NCBI GenBank assembly: GCA_010093605.1
Contig: MU004192.1
Span: forward strand, 1,000,882 to 1,064,881
DNA length: 64,000 nt
Source: Lophium mytilinum
Taxonomy: Eukaryota
Direction of reading: 5' to 3'
Shown: positions 52,488-63,986 of the stretch, one piece after another
Layout of the letters: each line of letters starts with the position of its first letter
How positions within the stretch are numbered: position 1 is the stretch's first letter
Program-made: the position numbers and the translations under genes
The notes under the pieces: model-generated
The model's input: the letters and a program-made list of their open reading frames with translations, nothing else
What the model was told of the DNA's origin: nothing
Databases searched by the model: none

Positions 52488-53965
52488 CTACGCCTTTGTC
52501 TTTAATCTCTTCAACCCCTCCTTTGCGTTAATCTCCCCCTCCTTAAACCCCACCGCCTTCGCCAAGCTCGCCGCCTCCTGATACCGCTTCCGCGCCTCAA
52601 GGATCTTCCCCTCCATCTCCGCGAACTCGCCGAGATTATGCGTTGCAACTGCACACCCCTGGTCGCATTCGTCTGTGCGATCTGGCGGCGTGATGATAGC
52701 GGCGGATGCAAGGGCCTTTGTAGCCCACTGCCGGGCTTGGTCGATGATCATGGCGCGGGAGTGAGGGGGGACGTGAGGGACGGAGTTTGGGAGAGCTTCT
52801 GGCGCAGGCGTGGGTGTTTGCTGCGCGAGACAGATGGAGAGGTTGTTCACTGTAGCAATTGGGTCAGTTGCCTGGGGCTAGAACCTCCGGCGGACAGCAG
52901 GACTCACTGAGTACGACGGAGTGGCAGGATCGCGGCGGACACAGCGTCAGCGCCTGGAGAAAGAGCGGAGTGGCGAGGTAGTGGAGGTCCTTCTCCTCGT
53001 AGTGGTGGCCGAGTGCTTGATGAGACGGTTAGTTAGGGTGGTGGCACAAGGAGAGACGGTGAGAGGGGATGGTGTGTGGTTGGTCGCGAATGTGATCGGA
53101 GACTATCAACGTACCCTCCAGTGATGCTCCCACCTCTCCGTCTGACATCCACTCACCCTCGCCGGTCTGCACACCGTCTTTCTCGCGCCGGGACTTTTCT
53201 TTGAGGATGGTCTCAACGGCCTCGACGAGGCGCTCCTCGGCCGCGTCCGTGTCTTGGACGTATTTGTTGCTGTAGAGCTCGCCTAGCTTGACGTTAAGCT
53301 CTACCGTTTTGGAGAGTATTTTGGTTCGTTTGCCGTCGGTCCAGTGCTTCGGGCCAACTTCCTCGATCCATCTGTAGCAGTCTCGGCGTAGGATCTCTAG
53401 CACCTCGATCGCGAGGTTGAAGTGTTGCTCGCGCTCGAACATAGCCGCAATGGCAATCTTGACTCCTAAAATCTCGTCGCTGAACGGGTCCATGCCCAGC
53501 TCATTCGCTAGCAGTATGCCCTGGCGGAAATATTTGTTTGCTTCCCGCACGTCGACATTGCGACCAGAGCTGTAGAAGATGGCCCGCCGCAGCTTCTTAG
53601 CCACGGGCTCGGGGAAGTTATGGTAGGGGGCGATGATGTAGTGTTGGTAGTAATACGGGAGGTATAGAAAGCCGGCCATGCCCGCTATAATGCTTAGGGA
53701 GGTCAGTGAGCTGTGTCTTGGGGGTGGAGTGACGGGGCGTGGGCTTGAAGTACCAGATGCCGGCGAGCGGGAACAGGAATGGGCTTTCTTTGAAGAGCTT
53801 CTTTGCCGCCGCGGCGGTTGATATGTTGCGCCTTGCTATGCATTGAGGCCGTGGTATGCGTGCTTGTGAGGGGAGTTTTGCGAATGTTTGGAGGGGATGG
53901 TGTGGAGGTTGTGAGAGCCGCGAGCATGCGCGCTGGGAGGCGCGTGGGAGCGTTTTAGAGAGCAT
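52488..53965 (-). CDS. Mitochondrial TPR-like inner membrane protein, Mgr3-like
   Basis: Arg-rich presequence, single TM, FPEPVAKKLRRAIFY, TPR-like helices; introns 53693-53753, 53016-53114, 52850-52907. Confidence 0.75.
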
Positions 53966-54199
53966 TGCAAATGTACATCAGTATTACGAATTGATGGAAA
54001 AAGAATTGATGGCCGGTTGGGCCCCTCGAAGTCTCTAGGATAGTAGCCGTGGAGACCAATGGTCGCAGATGTCAGTCGTTCTCGTAGGGCTGAGAGGTTT
54101 CGCCTCGCCAATGACGTCCGCTCGAGCGTGTTTGGTGCCTTCAAGAGCCTCGAGCCCACGCGTTCTACACCACGCAATGTCCTAGGAATAGCTATCACC

Positions 54200-55781
54200 A
54201 TGTGCGGACGCTATGCGTTGGCCTTGGTAAGTATTGTTATTCTTTATTGGTGATCTTCCTAACACATTTGCTCAGAGGCCCTCAGAAATACGGCGCCAGC
54301 TCCAAGATGCCCAGATGCCAGTCGACGACGCTCCAGAGGATGGCGAAGTCAGACACACCTACAACTTCGCGCCAGGAAGTAATGGAATCGTGTACAGAGC
54401 TGACGCACCTGACTTTGGGGGTGCAAGAGACACTGGTGACAAGGATGCTCTTGCGGATTCCCCCAAAGCGAAAGAGACACAGCTAGACGACGATCAGGTC
54501 AAGCACGAGCCAAAGAGTCACGACACCAAATACAAGCTACAGGCCATGAAATGGGGTATGCATTACTTCAATATCCGGGTTCAAGCATGCTGACCGGGCT
54601 CCGCAGGTCTCATCGCGTTTTGGACGAAGCGCAACCCAGACTACGGCTCGATGATGAAGACTATCAACTGTCGAGACGACTCACTCATCGAAGATCGGGG
54701 CATGTGGACGTCCATGAAGAAGAAGAAGCGCTGCATTGTGGTCATACAGGGCTTCTACGAATGGCTGAAGAAGAACAACGGCAAGGAGCGCATTCCACAC
54801 TTTGTCAAACGGAAAGATGGCCAGTTGATGTGCCTCGCGGGGCTGTGGGACTGCGTCAAATACGAAGGTACGTCATGTGTGCACCTGTCTGCCACTGCTT
54901 GTAGTGTCTCAAAGAGTTCCCACGTAGCTCAAAGTGAAGGACTTCTATCTCATTCCGATCTGAGACAATGCATTGAAGCACCCCAAGCAGTGGCATACCC
55001 AAGACAGCTTGTTCTAGACTTAGACTCCCATTTCACGCCTTTGGTGCTACCCTCTAATCATGTGCGTTCAGACTCGGAAGAGAAGCTCTACAGCTATACC
55101 ATCATCACTACGGATTCGAACAAGCAGCTCAATTTTCTGCATGACCGCATGCCGGTCATTCTAGACAACGGCTCTGATTCTATCCGGACCTGGCTGGACC
55201 CTACTCGCACCGAGTGGAGCAAGGACCTGCAGTCGCTCCTGAAGCCCTACAGTGATGAGCTGGAATGTTATCCAGTCAGCAAAGACGTCGGCAAGGTGGG
55301 CAACAACTCGCCGCAGTTTGTGGTCCCGATCGATAGCGCCGAGAATAGGAGCAATATTGCCAACTTCTTTGGAAATCAGAAGAAGCTGGCCAAGGGCAAG
55401 GGTGAGCAGAAATTGGTGCAAAAGACGGAAGGTGATTTGATGCAGAAGGGGATCAAGGTCGAACACGACGTCAGTGAGACTCGTGAGACTGATTACCAGC
55501 ATGATGGTACCGAAGACAACGCCCCCTTACCCACTGAAAGCCGGAGAGGAGTCAAGCGTGAGCATAAGGAAGAAGACAATGATGGTGGTACAGCAGATGG
55601 ACCACCCCATCAGAAGCAGAAGCTGTCGGCGGTGCCCTCGAGTCAATCTCCGAAGAAGACGCCTTCCAAACCTACGAGGAGCACTAGGAGCGCAACGAGT
55701 AATGGCACTGCGGCGAAGGCGAGTCCGAAGAAGAAGGGCGGGGATGGCAGTCAGAAAATCACCGCGTTCTTCGGAAAATGA
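54200..55781 (+). CDS. HMCES: SRAP/DUF159 abasic-site processing protein (HMCES orthologue)
   Basis: MCGRY N terminus, YNFAPG, MKWGL, INCR, GFYEW, HDRMPVIL, basic tail ending KITAFF (PIP-like); exons 54200-54226, 54276-54555, 54607-54867, 55072-55781. Confidence 0.93.
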
Positions 55782-56975
55782 AGTTTGATATACCACCGGA
55801 GCATTGGGCCGGCGGACAGCGAGAGCGATCAGGTGGCCGAATGGAAGTGAGACGGGGCGTATTGCATCCGAGGCACGAGGAACTGCGTACAGACGACGGC
55901 GAAGCTGCACTGGCAAGGGAGGGCTGGGCGGTTCGCGACGGCGGCACAGCTGTACGAGTGGTGGGAGTGGTGGGAGGAGGGTGCTTTGGGGGGCGATTCG
56001 CGGTGAGGACGGCGCCTACATGACGGGTGACAAGTCTTTGCTGCAAGTCATGGCGGACTAGCGATTTCCCCGGAGGATTCCGTGTATCGATGTGGACGTG
56101 GTCGCTATATGCGTGCCGTCCGCCTGGGACGGACGTCGGATGCGATATTGCCTCAATCAGGTGCGGCGTGCTTCAGTGAGGCGAGCGCCCTGCCGCATAC
56201 CTCTGGCATACCTACCTCTAAGGCATAAAGAACTCTCCAGGGCGTGAGAGCAGCAATTATAGAAGTCTGGCATGGCGTTGGCCCTGCCCGCTCTTGGCTC
56301 CCGTGGCTCTCGTGCACGTTGCGTGCAGTCGACTCCGGCCCGCCTGCGAGTCGATGTGCCGCCAGGGGTCCACCGCCTCATTTGCTACCTGTGCTTCTGC
56401 TTCGTGACGCTCGCTTTGCTGACAGCCGTGGAGGATGCCGAGGAGCGTTGCGAAATGTGACTTTGGAGCCTGCTGAATGTTCCAAACTCCACCCCCGCCG
56501 ACTTCCAACTGCTTGCTCGCCTACTCCACCGTCTCTCGTCCCCATCTCCGCGTGTTCGGACGGGTTCTAGCATGCCTGCAGCGGGCGCTGCTACAATCCC
56601 ATGCTGTAGATGGAACCGGCCAGCCCTGCCACTGCACGACCATGCACGCCGCATCGTCGTTAATTGCTCCGCTTGGCCTCCAACTCCCAACATCCCATCT
56701 ACCCACCCATCCATCCCAATCCCCCCAAGTGACCTGTACATACGTGCGACTGCTACCGCGAGCAATGCGTCCCTCATCCTTTTCTCACCGGTCCTGCGCC
56801 TGCTGCTCGTAATCCCCATCTGACCTCCCCCAATTCAAATGTCTCGGTGCCTGTCAGAAGTGGGATTCTTGGCCACTGAGGACACTGAAACACTTCAAAA
56901 TTCGCCAATCCGCTGTGCGCGCTGCCTGACGTTCCACTTTCGCAGCCTGGACTCCTCTATCGAGTAGGCTTCATC

Positions 56976-59900
56976 ATGGCCTCGCTCCTGGATATCTTGA
57001 AGAAAAACCAGCCCACGCTTCAAACCCATCAGGCGCTTCTGGTCATTGGCCTACAGAACGATTTCCTTCGCCCCGATGGCAAGCTACCTATCGACACCCG
57101 ATCCGGTTTTGTCCAACGGATTGAAGGCTTCATTCCCCGTTTTCGTGAGCATGCTGGCGATGTTATCTGGGTGAGGACCGTGTTCGAGGACGAGTGGCCC
57201 GTCAATGACCCTTCTGCCGATGGCGACACAGTACTCCTCGAAGCCATTGATGGACTGGACGATGATGAGGATTCTAGTCTCGAAGAAATGGCCGCCAAAG
57301 ACCTAATTCAGCCGGCTTCCTCATCGAGGCAGCGACACAAGCAACGCGCCTTGGACCTCTTCAAACGGGTTTCGGCACGGAAGAAGATTCCAGCTCGCAC
57401 TACCTCGCCGACACCTGCAGAAGAAGACGAGTTGTTCCTTTCAAAATCTTCGAAAAAGGGGCCCTGTTGTGCACCCAATACACTGGGAGCGGAATTTACC
57501 GACAGCGTCAAGTCAAGCATCGACAAGTCGACGGATCTAGAGGTCGTAACTTCTCACTACTCTGCATTCAATGGGACTATGCTACTGGTCACTCTACGAG
57601 CTAGGCTTGTTACCGAACTCTATCTCTGTGGATGTCTCACCAACATCTCCGTCTTTGCAACTGCCCTAGACGCAGCCCGCCACGGCTTCACGATCAACAT
57701 CATCGAGGACTGCCTCGGTTTCCGGAAGCAAATGAGGCATGACGAAGCAATCAAGAAGATGGTTTCGTTAATGGGAGCTTACGTGCTCTCCAGTGTAGAC
57801 CTGGCGAAAGATCTCTCCAAAGCGCCTGAGCTCAAGAAAGCTGAGGCTCCAAAAAACCCGAACGACACATATGACTTGCAAGCGTTGGTGGACAAGCTGA
57901 AGTTGAATGACGATGCGAGACCAAAGTCGAAAGGCAAGACAGTGTCGTCTAAGAGTGGTTCGTCATCAATCGCTTTGAAGGGTACAAACAGGACGTTCTC
58001 CATTGCCTCGAATGCGGATGAAGAGCCCACGACAGCCGGCGCTGCTAACCCAAGTCCCACTCTTGAAGATTTTGTCGACAAGCTTAGCTTGGGAACATCA
58101 GGCTCTCCGGACTATGAACCCCAGATCTTGCGCCCTATACCGAGAAAATCGCAAGGCGACGAAGAGACGAAACAGAACTTCGTTCAAACGAAAATCCGAA
58201 TGCGATCTAGGAGTAGCAAAAATAAGAAAAAAGACGACGGAAAGACCAAAGCGGAGGTGCCTAGAGAGGCTGCATCGAGTTCCAAGGCACCAGCTGAAGC
58301 GTCGCCCGATAGAAGCTCGAAGAAGCCTGCTGCGCCTCCTGAGCCACCACCACGTGTACCAACAATTGCAAGAGCAGAAAGTAGTGATATGCTGAAGGGA
58401 AAGCCCCCGACCCGAGAACAAAAACTAAAGTCTCATGCTTCTCAACCTGCGCTGAGCTCCAGTTCGAAGGACAAAGACTCCAAGCTGCGCCTGTCATTCG
58501 GCCGGTCGACGAAATCCGCTGTGCCACCATTGCCCAGCCCGAAAGCTCCCAAAGCCTTAGAGAAGCTTCCAAAAACCACAGAGAAGCCTCCAATCGTGAT
58601 TACTCAGCCAACAATGCCGAAGAAATTACAGTCTCTCGCGACGTTCCCCGTCTTGGGACCTGACGACACGATCGCAGAGGGCGATTCACGCATCATTTAC
58701 GACTTTTTCCCACCCACTCTGTGTCATCCGAAAACCTCTAGAAAGTCGCTTAAAGATGTTGTATTCACTCAGCTATATAACGAAGTTCGATGGCAGAAGA
58801 TGTATCACGCACAAGGGGAAGTCCCGCGACTGGTGTGCGTTCAAGGCGAGTTTGGTTCCGACGGCTCAATGCCCGTCTATCGACACCCGTCAGACCAGTC
58901 CATGCCACTACTACACTTCTCTCCAACCGTTCAACTGATCCGCGAAGAAGTGGAAAAGGTCGTTCACCATCCAGTCAACCATGTTCTCATTCAACTCTAT
59001 CGATCTGGCCAGGACTATATCTCAGAACATTCAGACAAGACCTTGGATATAGTTCGAGGATCTAGTATCGTGAGTGTCAGCTTCGGCGCACAAAGGACGA
59101 TGCGGCTAAGAACTAAGAAGTCTGCGAAGTCTGAACAAGCGTCCGAGGATGCGACGTCTGCACGTAACACCCAACGTATCGCAATGCCACACAACTCCAT
59201 CTTTGTGCTCGGCCAAGACTCCAACATGCGCTGGCTTCACGGTATCACCGCCGACAAACGCTCACCTGCTGACCGGTCGGACGTCGAGAAGGCGTTCAGC
59301 GGTATGCGGATATCCTTGACATTCCGCCGGATAGGGACGTTTCTTGACAGCGACACACGTTTAGTATGGGGCCAAGGGGCCACAGCGAAAGACCGATCTG
59401 CGGCTAACGACGTTGTAAACGACGATGAAGAAGAGACGGAGAAGATCATTCACGCATTTGGGAAGGAAAACCACAGCACAGAGTTTGACTGGGATGGCGT
59501 GTACGGGGAAGGCTTTGATGTCCTTCACTTCCGAGCACCTCCTGTGGATAACCCTATTCTCTTTGCTTCAAACGACGTAGTCGACAACCGACAAATCGCT
59601 ATTTGTCTAGCTGAACTCGGCCTTGCACATACAGTCATGGATCCTCCTACGATTGAGAAAGAGTATGAGGGAGGCCGTCAAATCTGTTATCGTGATGCGG
59701 ATCTCAAACACTCGGAGGTAGTAGGAGCTATCCCAATACTGCTCTACCTTGATCGATACCACCATCTCGACCGAGACGATTACGGCAAGGAGGTCACCGC
59801 AAACGCGTACGAAATTATCCAAGTTGTGCTCAAGCTCCAAGAGAGCTTCCAAAAGCGAGCCAGTGCTACGTTTCACGAGATCTTCATCGAGACACTAGAG

Positions 59901-60119
59901 GCACTAGAAGACCACCAGGCCCGCACCGGCTCCCAGTACATTGCGGGGTTGAGGTTCTCTATTGCCGATTGTGCGGCTTGGCCGGTGCTGGACCACATCA
60001 TTGAGAATGGGGATGACTGGAGTAGGGAAAGCTTCCCAGCGCTGACTACATATTACCAGACTCTGTGGAAGAAGAAGAAGTCGGTTGGTCGGTTGAGGAG
60101 TAAGCTCTTGATCAAATGA
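56976..60119 (+). CDS. Isochorismatase-like + AlkB-type 2OG-Fe(II) dioxygenase + GST-C-like fusion protein
   Basis: ALLVIGLQNDF..YSAFNGT..GCLTNISVFATALDA; NHVLIQLYRSGQDYISEHSD..SVSFGAQR..WLHGI..RISLTFR; YIAGLRFSIADCAAWPVL..FPALTTYY. Confidence 0.88.
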   Translation: MASLLDILKKNQPTLQTHQALLVIGLQNDFLRPDGKLPIDTRSGFVQRIEGFIPRFREHAGDVIWVRTVFEDEWPVNDPSADGDTVLLEAIDGLDDDEDSSLEEMAAKDLIQPASSSRQRHKQRALDLFKRVSARKKIPARTTSPTPAEEDELFLSKSSKKGPCCAPNTLGAEFTDSVKSSIDKSTDLEVVTSHYSAFNGTMLLVTLRARLVTELYLCGCLTNISVFATALDAARHGFTINIIEDCLGFRKQMRHDEAIKKMVSLMGAYVLSSVDLAKDLSKAPELKKAEAPKNPNDTYDLQALVDKLKLNDDARPKSKGKTVSSKSGSSSIALKGTNRTFSIASNADEEPTTAGAANPSPTLEDFVDKLSLGTSGSPDYEPQILRPIPRKSQGDEETKQNFVQTKIRMRSRSSKNKKKDDGKTKAEVPREAASSSKAPAEASPDRSSKKPAAPPEPPPRVPTIARAESSDMLKGKPPTREQKLKSHASQPALSSSSKDKDSKLRLSFGRSTKSAVPPLPSPKAPKALEKLPKTTEKPPIVITQPTMPKKLQSLATFPVLGPDDTIAEGDSRIIYDFFPPTLCHPKTSRKSLKDVVFTQLYNEVRWQKMYHAQGEVPRLVCVQGEFGSDGSMPVYRHPSDQSMPLLHFSPTVQLIREEVEKVVHHPVNHVLIQLYRSGQDYISEHSDKTLDIVRGSSIVSVSFGAQRTMRLRTKKSAKSEQASEDATSARNTQRIAMPHNSIFVLGQDSNMRWLHGITADKRSPADRSDVEKAFSGMRISLTFRRIGTFLDSDTRLVWGQGATAKDRSAANDVVNDDEEETEKIIHAFGKENHSTEFDWDGVYGEGFDVLHFRAPPVDNPILFASNDVVDNRQIAICLAELGLAHTVMDPPTIEKEYEGGRQICYRDADLKHSEVVGAIPILLYLDRYHHLDRDDYGKEVTANAYEIIQVVLKLQESFQKRASATFHEIFIETLEALEDHQARTGSQYIAGLRFSIADCAAWPVLDHIIENGDDWSRESFPALTTYYQTLWKKKKSVGRLRSKLLIK

Positions 60120-60637
60120 TTCACCTTCTAAAGTAGCATTTACCTTAACATTTTTGTCTTTGGCGCGCATGGGGTCGGCATGTCATTATCCAGCATAGAA
60201 TTGATGGCTTGGTGTTACTTCGAGCATACTTGGTGGTAGAAATTGGATTCTCTGGAGTTTATGTGGTGTTGGTGGTTAGCTAGTTAGCACTTACTATATT
60301 GCCTGCCTATTACAAAACCTATCAGATCTAAGTTTAGACACTTTTATTACGTGCCTGCATTAAGAGTCTAACCAAGGCCTAAACCCCATCGCCGAGACGC
60401 CCGCCTGAGTCGTCGCATCCTGTCATCATTCATAGGCTGGTGGATTTGAGCCTCGGCATGTGAGACCAGACACAACCACAAAGGCCGAGCTCCACCACCT
60501 GGACAACATCAAACCTACAAAACTACACACTTCCAACTGCCAGCGCACCACGTACAACTACTACCTCCCTACCATTCTATTCACAACACTTTGGAAACCG
60601 CATAGCTAGACGTCCGAGGCCCTTTGTGAGACTTAAG

Positions 60638-62021
60638 ATGGTGTCAGCGGGCGAGAAACCAGCGGCGGGCGCGGACGAGTATGACTACGAGTACTTCAAT
60701 GTCTCGTTCCCGCAGGAGTATGTGGCGCATGTGGAGATCAATCGGCCGGAAAAGCTGAATGCGTTTGTCGAGAAGTGAGTTGAGAGTTTTCTTGCAATGC
60801 TTCTCGTCGTTGCCACGCTCTTATGTCACGTGTTTTTCTTCTCTGCTTCCCTTCTTCGTATGTTTTTGCGCGCCATGGCTTGCTACCTAGATTACGGGAC
60901 TGGCATTCTTGATTCTTGTGCGAGTTCTGGTATCACTAAGAGTGCCTCCCGCCGGTTCTTGAGAGACTTCCTGCATGTTGGACCTAGAAGAGGTACCATG
61001 CATCTTGAGACAGCTTTTCGACATGTACCTCTGTTGTGCTCTGGAATAGCAGTTCGGTTGCATGTATAAACGTGCCATACTTTCTAGCATCTAGGTGTCT
61101 CAGCGGTGACGCGAGGTCTTTCTTTTACAATTTCATTCTTGGTCACATCTCAGTCCCAGACGCGTCCTATATATCTTCTTTCTTGTTACCTTAAAACATT
61201 TCGTGCATTGCAATGCCTTTCTAAAAGCCTCCCGTACCAAAATACACCATCTACATCCCCAAACTAACCCACCCCCCAGAATGTGGCTCAACATCTCCAC
61301 CATCTTCACCCGCCTCTCCCACAACCCCTCGATCCGCGCCATCCTCCTCACAGGCGCCGGCCCCCGCGCCTTCACCGCCGGCCTGGACGTGCAAGCCGCG
61401 GCCCAACCCGGCTCCATCATCAACCCCACCAACCCGTCCGCCGACGTCGCGCGCAAAGCCAACGCCCTGCGCCGCGATATCCTCGCCTTCCAAGCCTGCA
61501 TCTCCGCCGTCGAGCGCTGCGAGAAACCCGTCATCGCCGTCCTCCACGGCATCTCCTACGGCCTCGCCCTCGACCTCTCCCTCGCATGCGACATCCGCCT
61601 CGCCGCCGCCGACACCGCGTTCTCCGTCAAGGAGGTTGATATCGGGCTCGCGGCGGATATCGGCACGCTGTCGCGGCTGCCGAAGGCGGTGGGGAACGCG
61701 AGCTGGGTTAAGGATGTGTGTTTGAGCGCGAGGGTGTTTGGGGCGGAGGAGGCGCTGCGGGTGGGGTTGGTGAGTGGGGTGTATAAGGATAAGGGCGCGG
61801 CGGTGGCGGCGGGGGCAGAGTTGGCGGGCGTGATTGCGGGGAAGAGTCCGGTGGCGACGGTGGGGACGAAGGAGATACTGAATTATTCGAGGGATCGCAC
61901 CGTGGAGGATGGGTTGAGGTATACGGCGGTGTGGAATATGGCGATGGTGCAGACGGGGGATGTGAAGGATGCGATGTTGAGTGGGTTGAGGAAGACGAGG
62001 CCGAGATTTGAGAAGTTGTAG
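60638..62021 (+). CDS. ECH1: Delta(3,5)-Delta(2,4)-dienoyl-CoA isomerase (crotonase family), probably peroxisomal
   Basis: VAHVEINRPEKLNAF, FTAGLD, FSVKEVDIGLAADIGTLSRLPK, KSPVA..GTK; ends FEKL (PTS1-like); intron 60775-61279. Confidence 0.92.
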
Positions 62022-62691
62022 GATTTAGTAGGGACGGCGTAGTAAAGCAGTTTGTTGGTTGAACGGGTTTTCTTGTGTGGTGTAGTCATGAAGTGTGGTG
62101 ACTTGTCTACGTGGTGTCTCAATATGCGTAGGCGATGTGTACATATGATAATAAAAGTTACGGATCGAACCGTGTGAAATTCAGTTTGCTAGACGCTTCG
62201 TGGTTGTTTTTACCTAAGGTGTCCCTTGAACGTAGGGCAGACGATGGCCACATTAGTTAACAAAAGCAACGAATTCAACCGTGGGCTTGATAGATTGGGA
62301 GCGAGCGCTTAGGTATAAGGACCTAAGAGTCTAGATAGCGAATTTAAGAAAAATCGTAAAGAACCCTAAGAAGCTAGGTATAGGCGGCTCCAGGATCACA
62401 AGCTTCTGATCCCCAGCTGGATATTACTCTATAGCTTTTAAATCAGCAGGCAGATTTATACCAGGGCATGGAATATCAACAACTCCAAATATCACGAGAA
62501 CTCTGCACAAAGAGATGGATTGAATGAATTTTTTATTTGCTCTGAGCGCCGCCTTAGTAGTGCTGTACCGGCAAACATAGGCGAGGACTGCTCGCCGTTC
62601 GAGCAGTCGCCCACCTTTTCATTCTCCTCATGGCACGTAACAGAAGATTTCAAAGACCCCAAGTTCTCCAACCACCTAGTAGCCATCAAAC

Positions 62692-63986
62692 CTATGCCCT
62701 CGCCATTACGCCCCAGCAGCGGATACGGTTGTCGGTGTATCCCGCAAACAAGGTTTGACCATCAGCGCTCCAGGCCAAGCTCACGCACTCCGGCTCCCGG
62801 CTCTTCTTGCCAACCTCCATGTATTCGGGCTTCAGCTCGTCGACCTTGCTCTTCTTCTCGAGATCGAAGATGATGATGCTGGAGGCGGTGGCGGCGCACA
62901 GCCAGTAGCGGTTGGGAGAGAAGACGAGGGCGTGGATTTCGTCACCGGCGGTGAGCGAGTATAGGTGCTTCGACTCGTTCAAGTCCCACAGCATGGTGGT
63001 TCCGTCCTTTCCACCGGACGCGCAGAGGGAACCATCGGGGGAGATAGTGACGGTGTTGATGTAGCCGGAGTGGCCAATGTGGTCGGTTTGGATGCGGCAA
63101 GAGGCGAGTTCCCAGACCTATGGATATGCCGTCAGCTTCTGATTCAGGATGCTAGTCTGAATATTGACGTGTGGTTCGAACAAGGGTATCAGGGCAATGG
63201 TGAATGTTTGTCTCATGGCTCGAAAGCTCTGAAGTAGCAAATACTTTGAATATGCGTAGCATCATTTGAAGGCGGGTTTGTTGTGCGTATGGAATCAGGC
63301 ATACCTTGACCATCTTATCCCAGCCAGCGCTGACGATGACGGGGTTCTGGGGGTTCGGGCTGAATCGCACGCACGACACCCACTCGGTGTGGCCCTTGTC
63401 GGTGATGGTGAACTTGCAGTCTCCGAGGGTGTTCCATAGCTTGATGGTTCGGTCGCGCGAGCCGGAGACGATCTGACGGTTGTCGGCGGAGAAGGAGACG
63501 GAGAGAACATCGTTGGTGTGGCCGACAAATCTCCGAGTAGTGGCTCCAGTCGAAAGCTCCCAGAGACGGAGGGTCTTGTCCCAGGAGGACGACAGAGCGT
63601 AGGCACCGTCAGAGGAGATGACCTGCACGCTCAAAATATCAGCCTTTGTGCTCTAGCCAGCGCTGCCAATCTCCAATTGCTCCCCCGGATTAACGTACGC
63701 AGTCGGAGACGATGTGCGAGTGGCCGTGAAGGCTTCGCTTGGGGTAGCCGTACGAGGTCTCGTCGCGGGTCAGATTCCAGATGATGAGGGTCTTGTCGCG
63801 GCTTCCGGACAGGAGCATGTTCGGGCTAGCTGCCAGTCAGTCCATTTGAAGCTATTGAAGCTATTGAAGCCCGTCGCGCTGGGAGGGGAGCTGGTGTCGC
63901 ACGTACTTTTCGAGCGAGGTCGCCAGCGAGGTGACCCAGCCGGTGTGGCCCTCGAGGGTGCCGCGGAGAACCAACTGCTCGGCCAT
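62692..63986 (-). CDS. cpc-2: RACK1/Asc1/CPC-2 WD40 ribosomal scaffold protein
   Basis: [52 protein letters not shown]; exons 63907-63986, 63699-63825, 63305-63622, 62692-63117. Confidence 0.98.
63186..63269 (-). ncRNA. snR24: Intronic box C/D snoRNA, U24/snR24 family
   Basis: In RACK1 intron 63118-63304: C box ATGATG (63265-63260), guide TATTTGCTACT + D' CAGA, C' ATGAGA, D box CTGA (63192-63189); yeast ASC1 intron is known to host snR24. Confidence 0.9.

Noticed and set aside
55778..56061. Short ORFs overlapping the HMCES stop (ATGA)
   Set aside because: Likely 3' UTR; GC-rich chance ORFs with no motif.
63846..63870. TTGAAGCTA tandem repeat in RACK1 intron 1
   Set aside because: Simple slippage microduplication.
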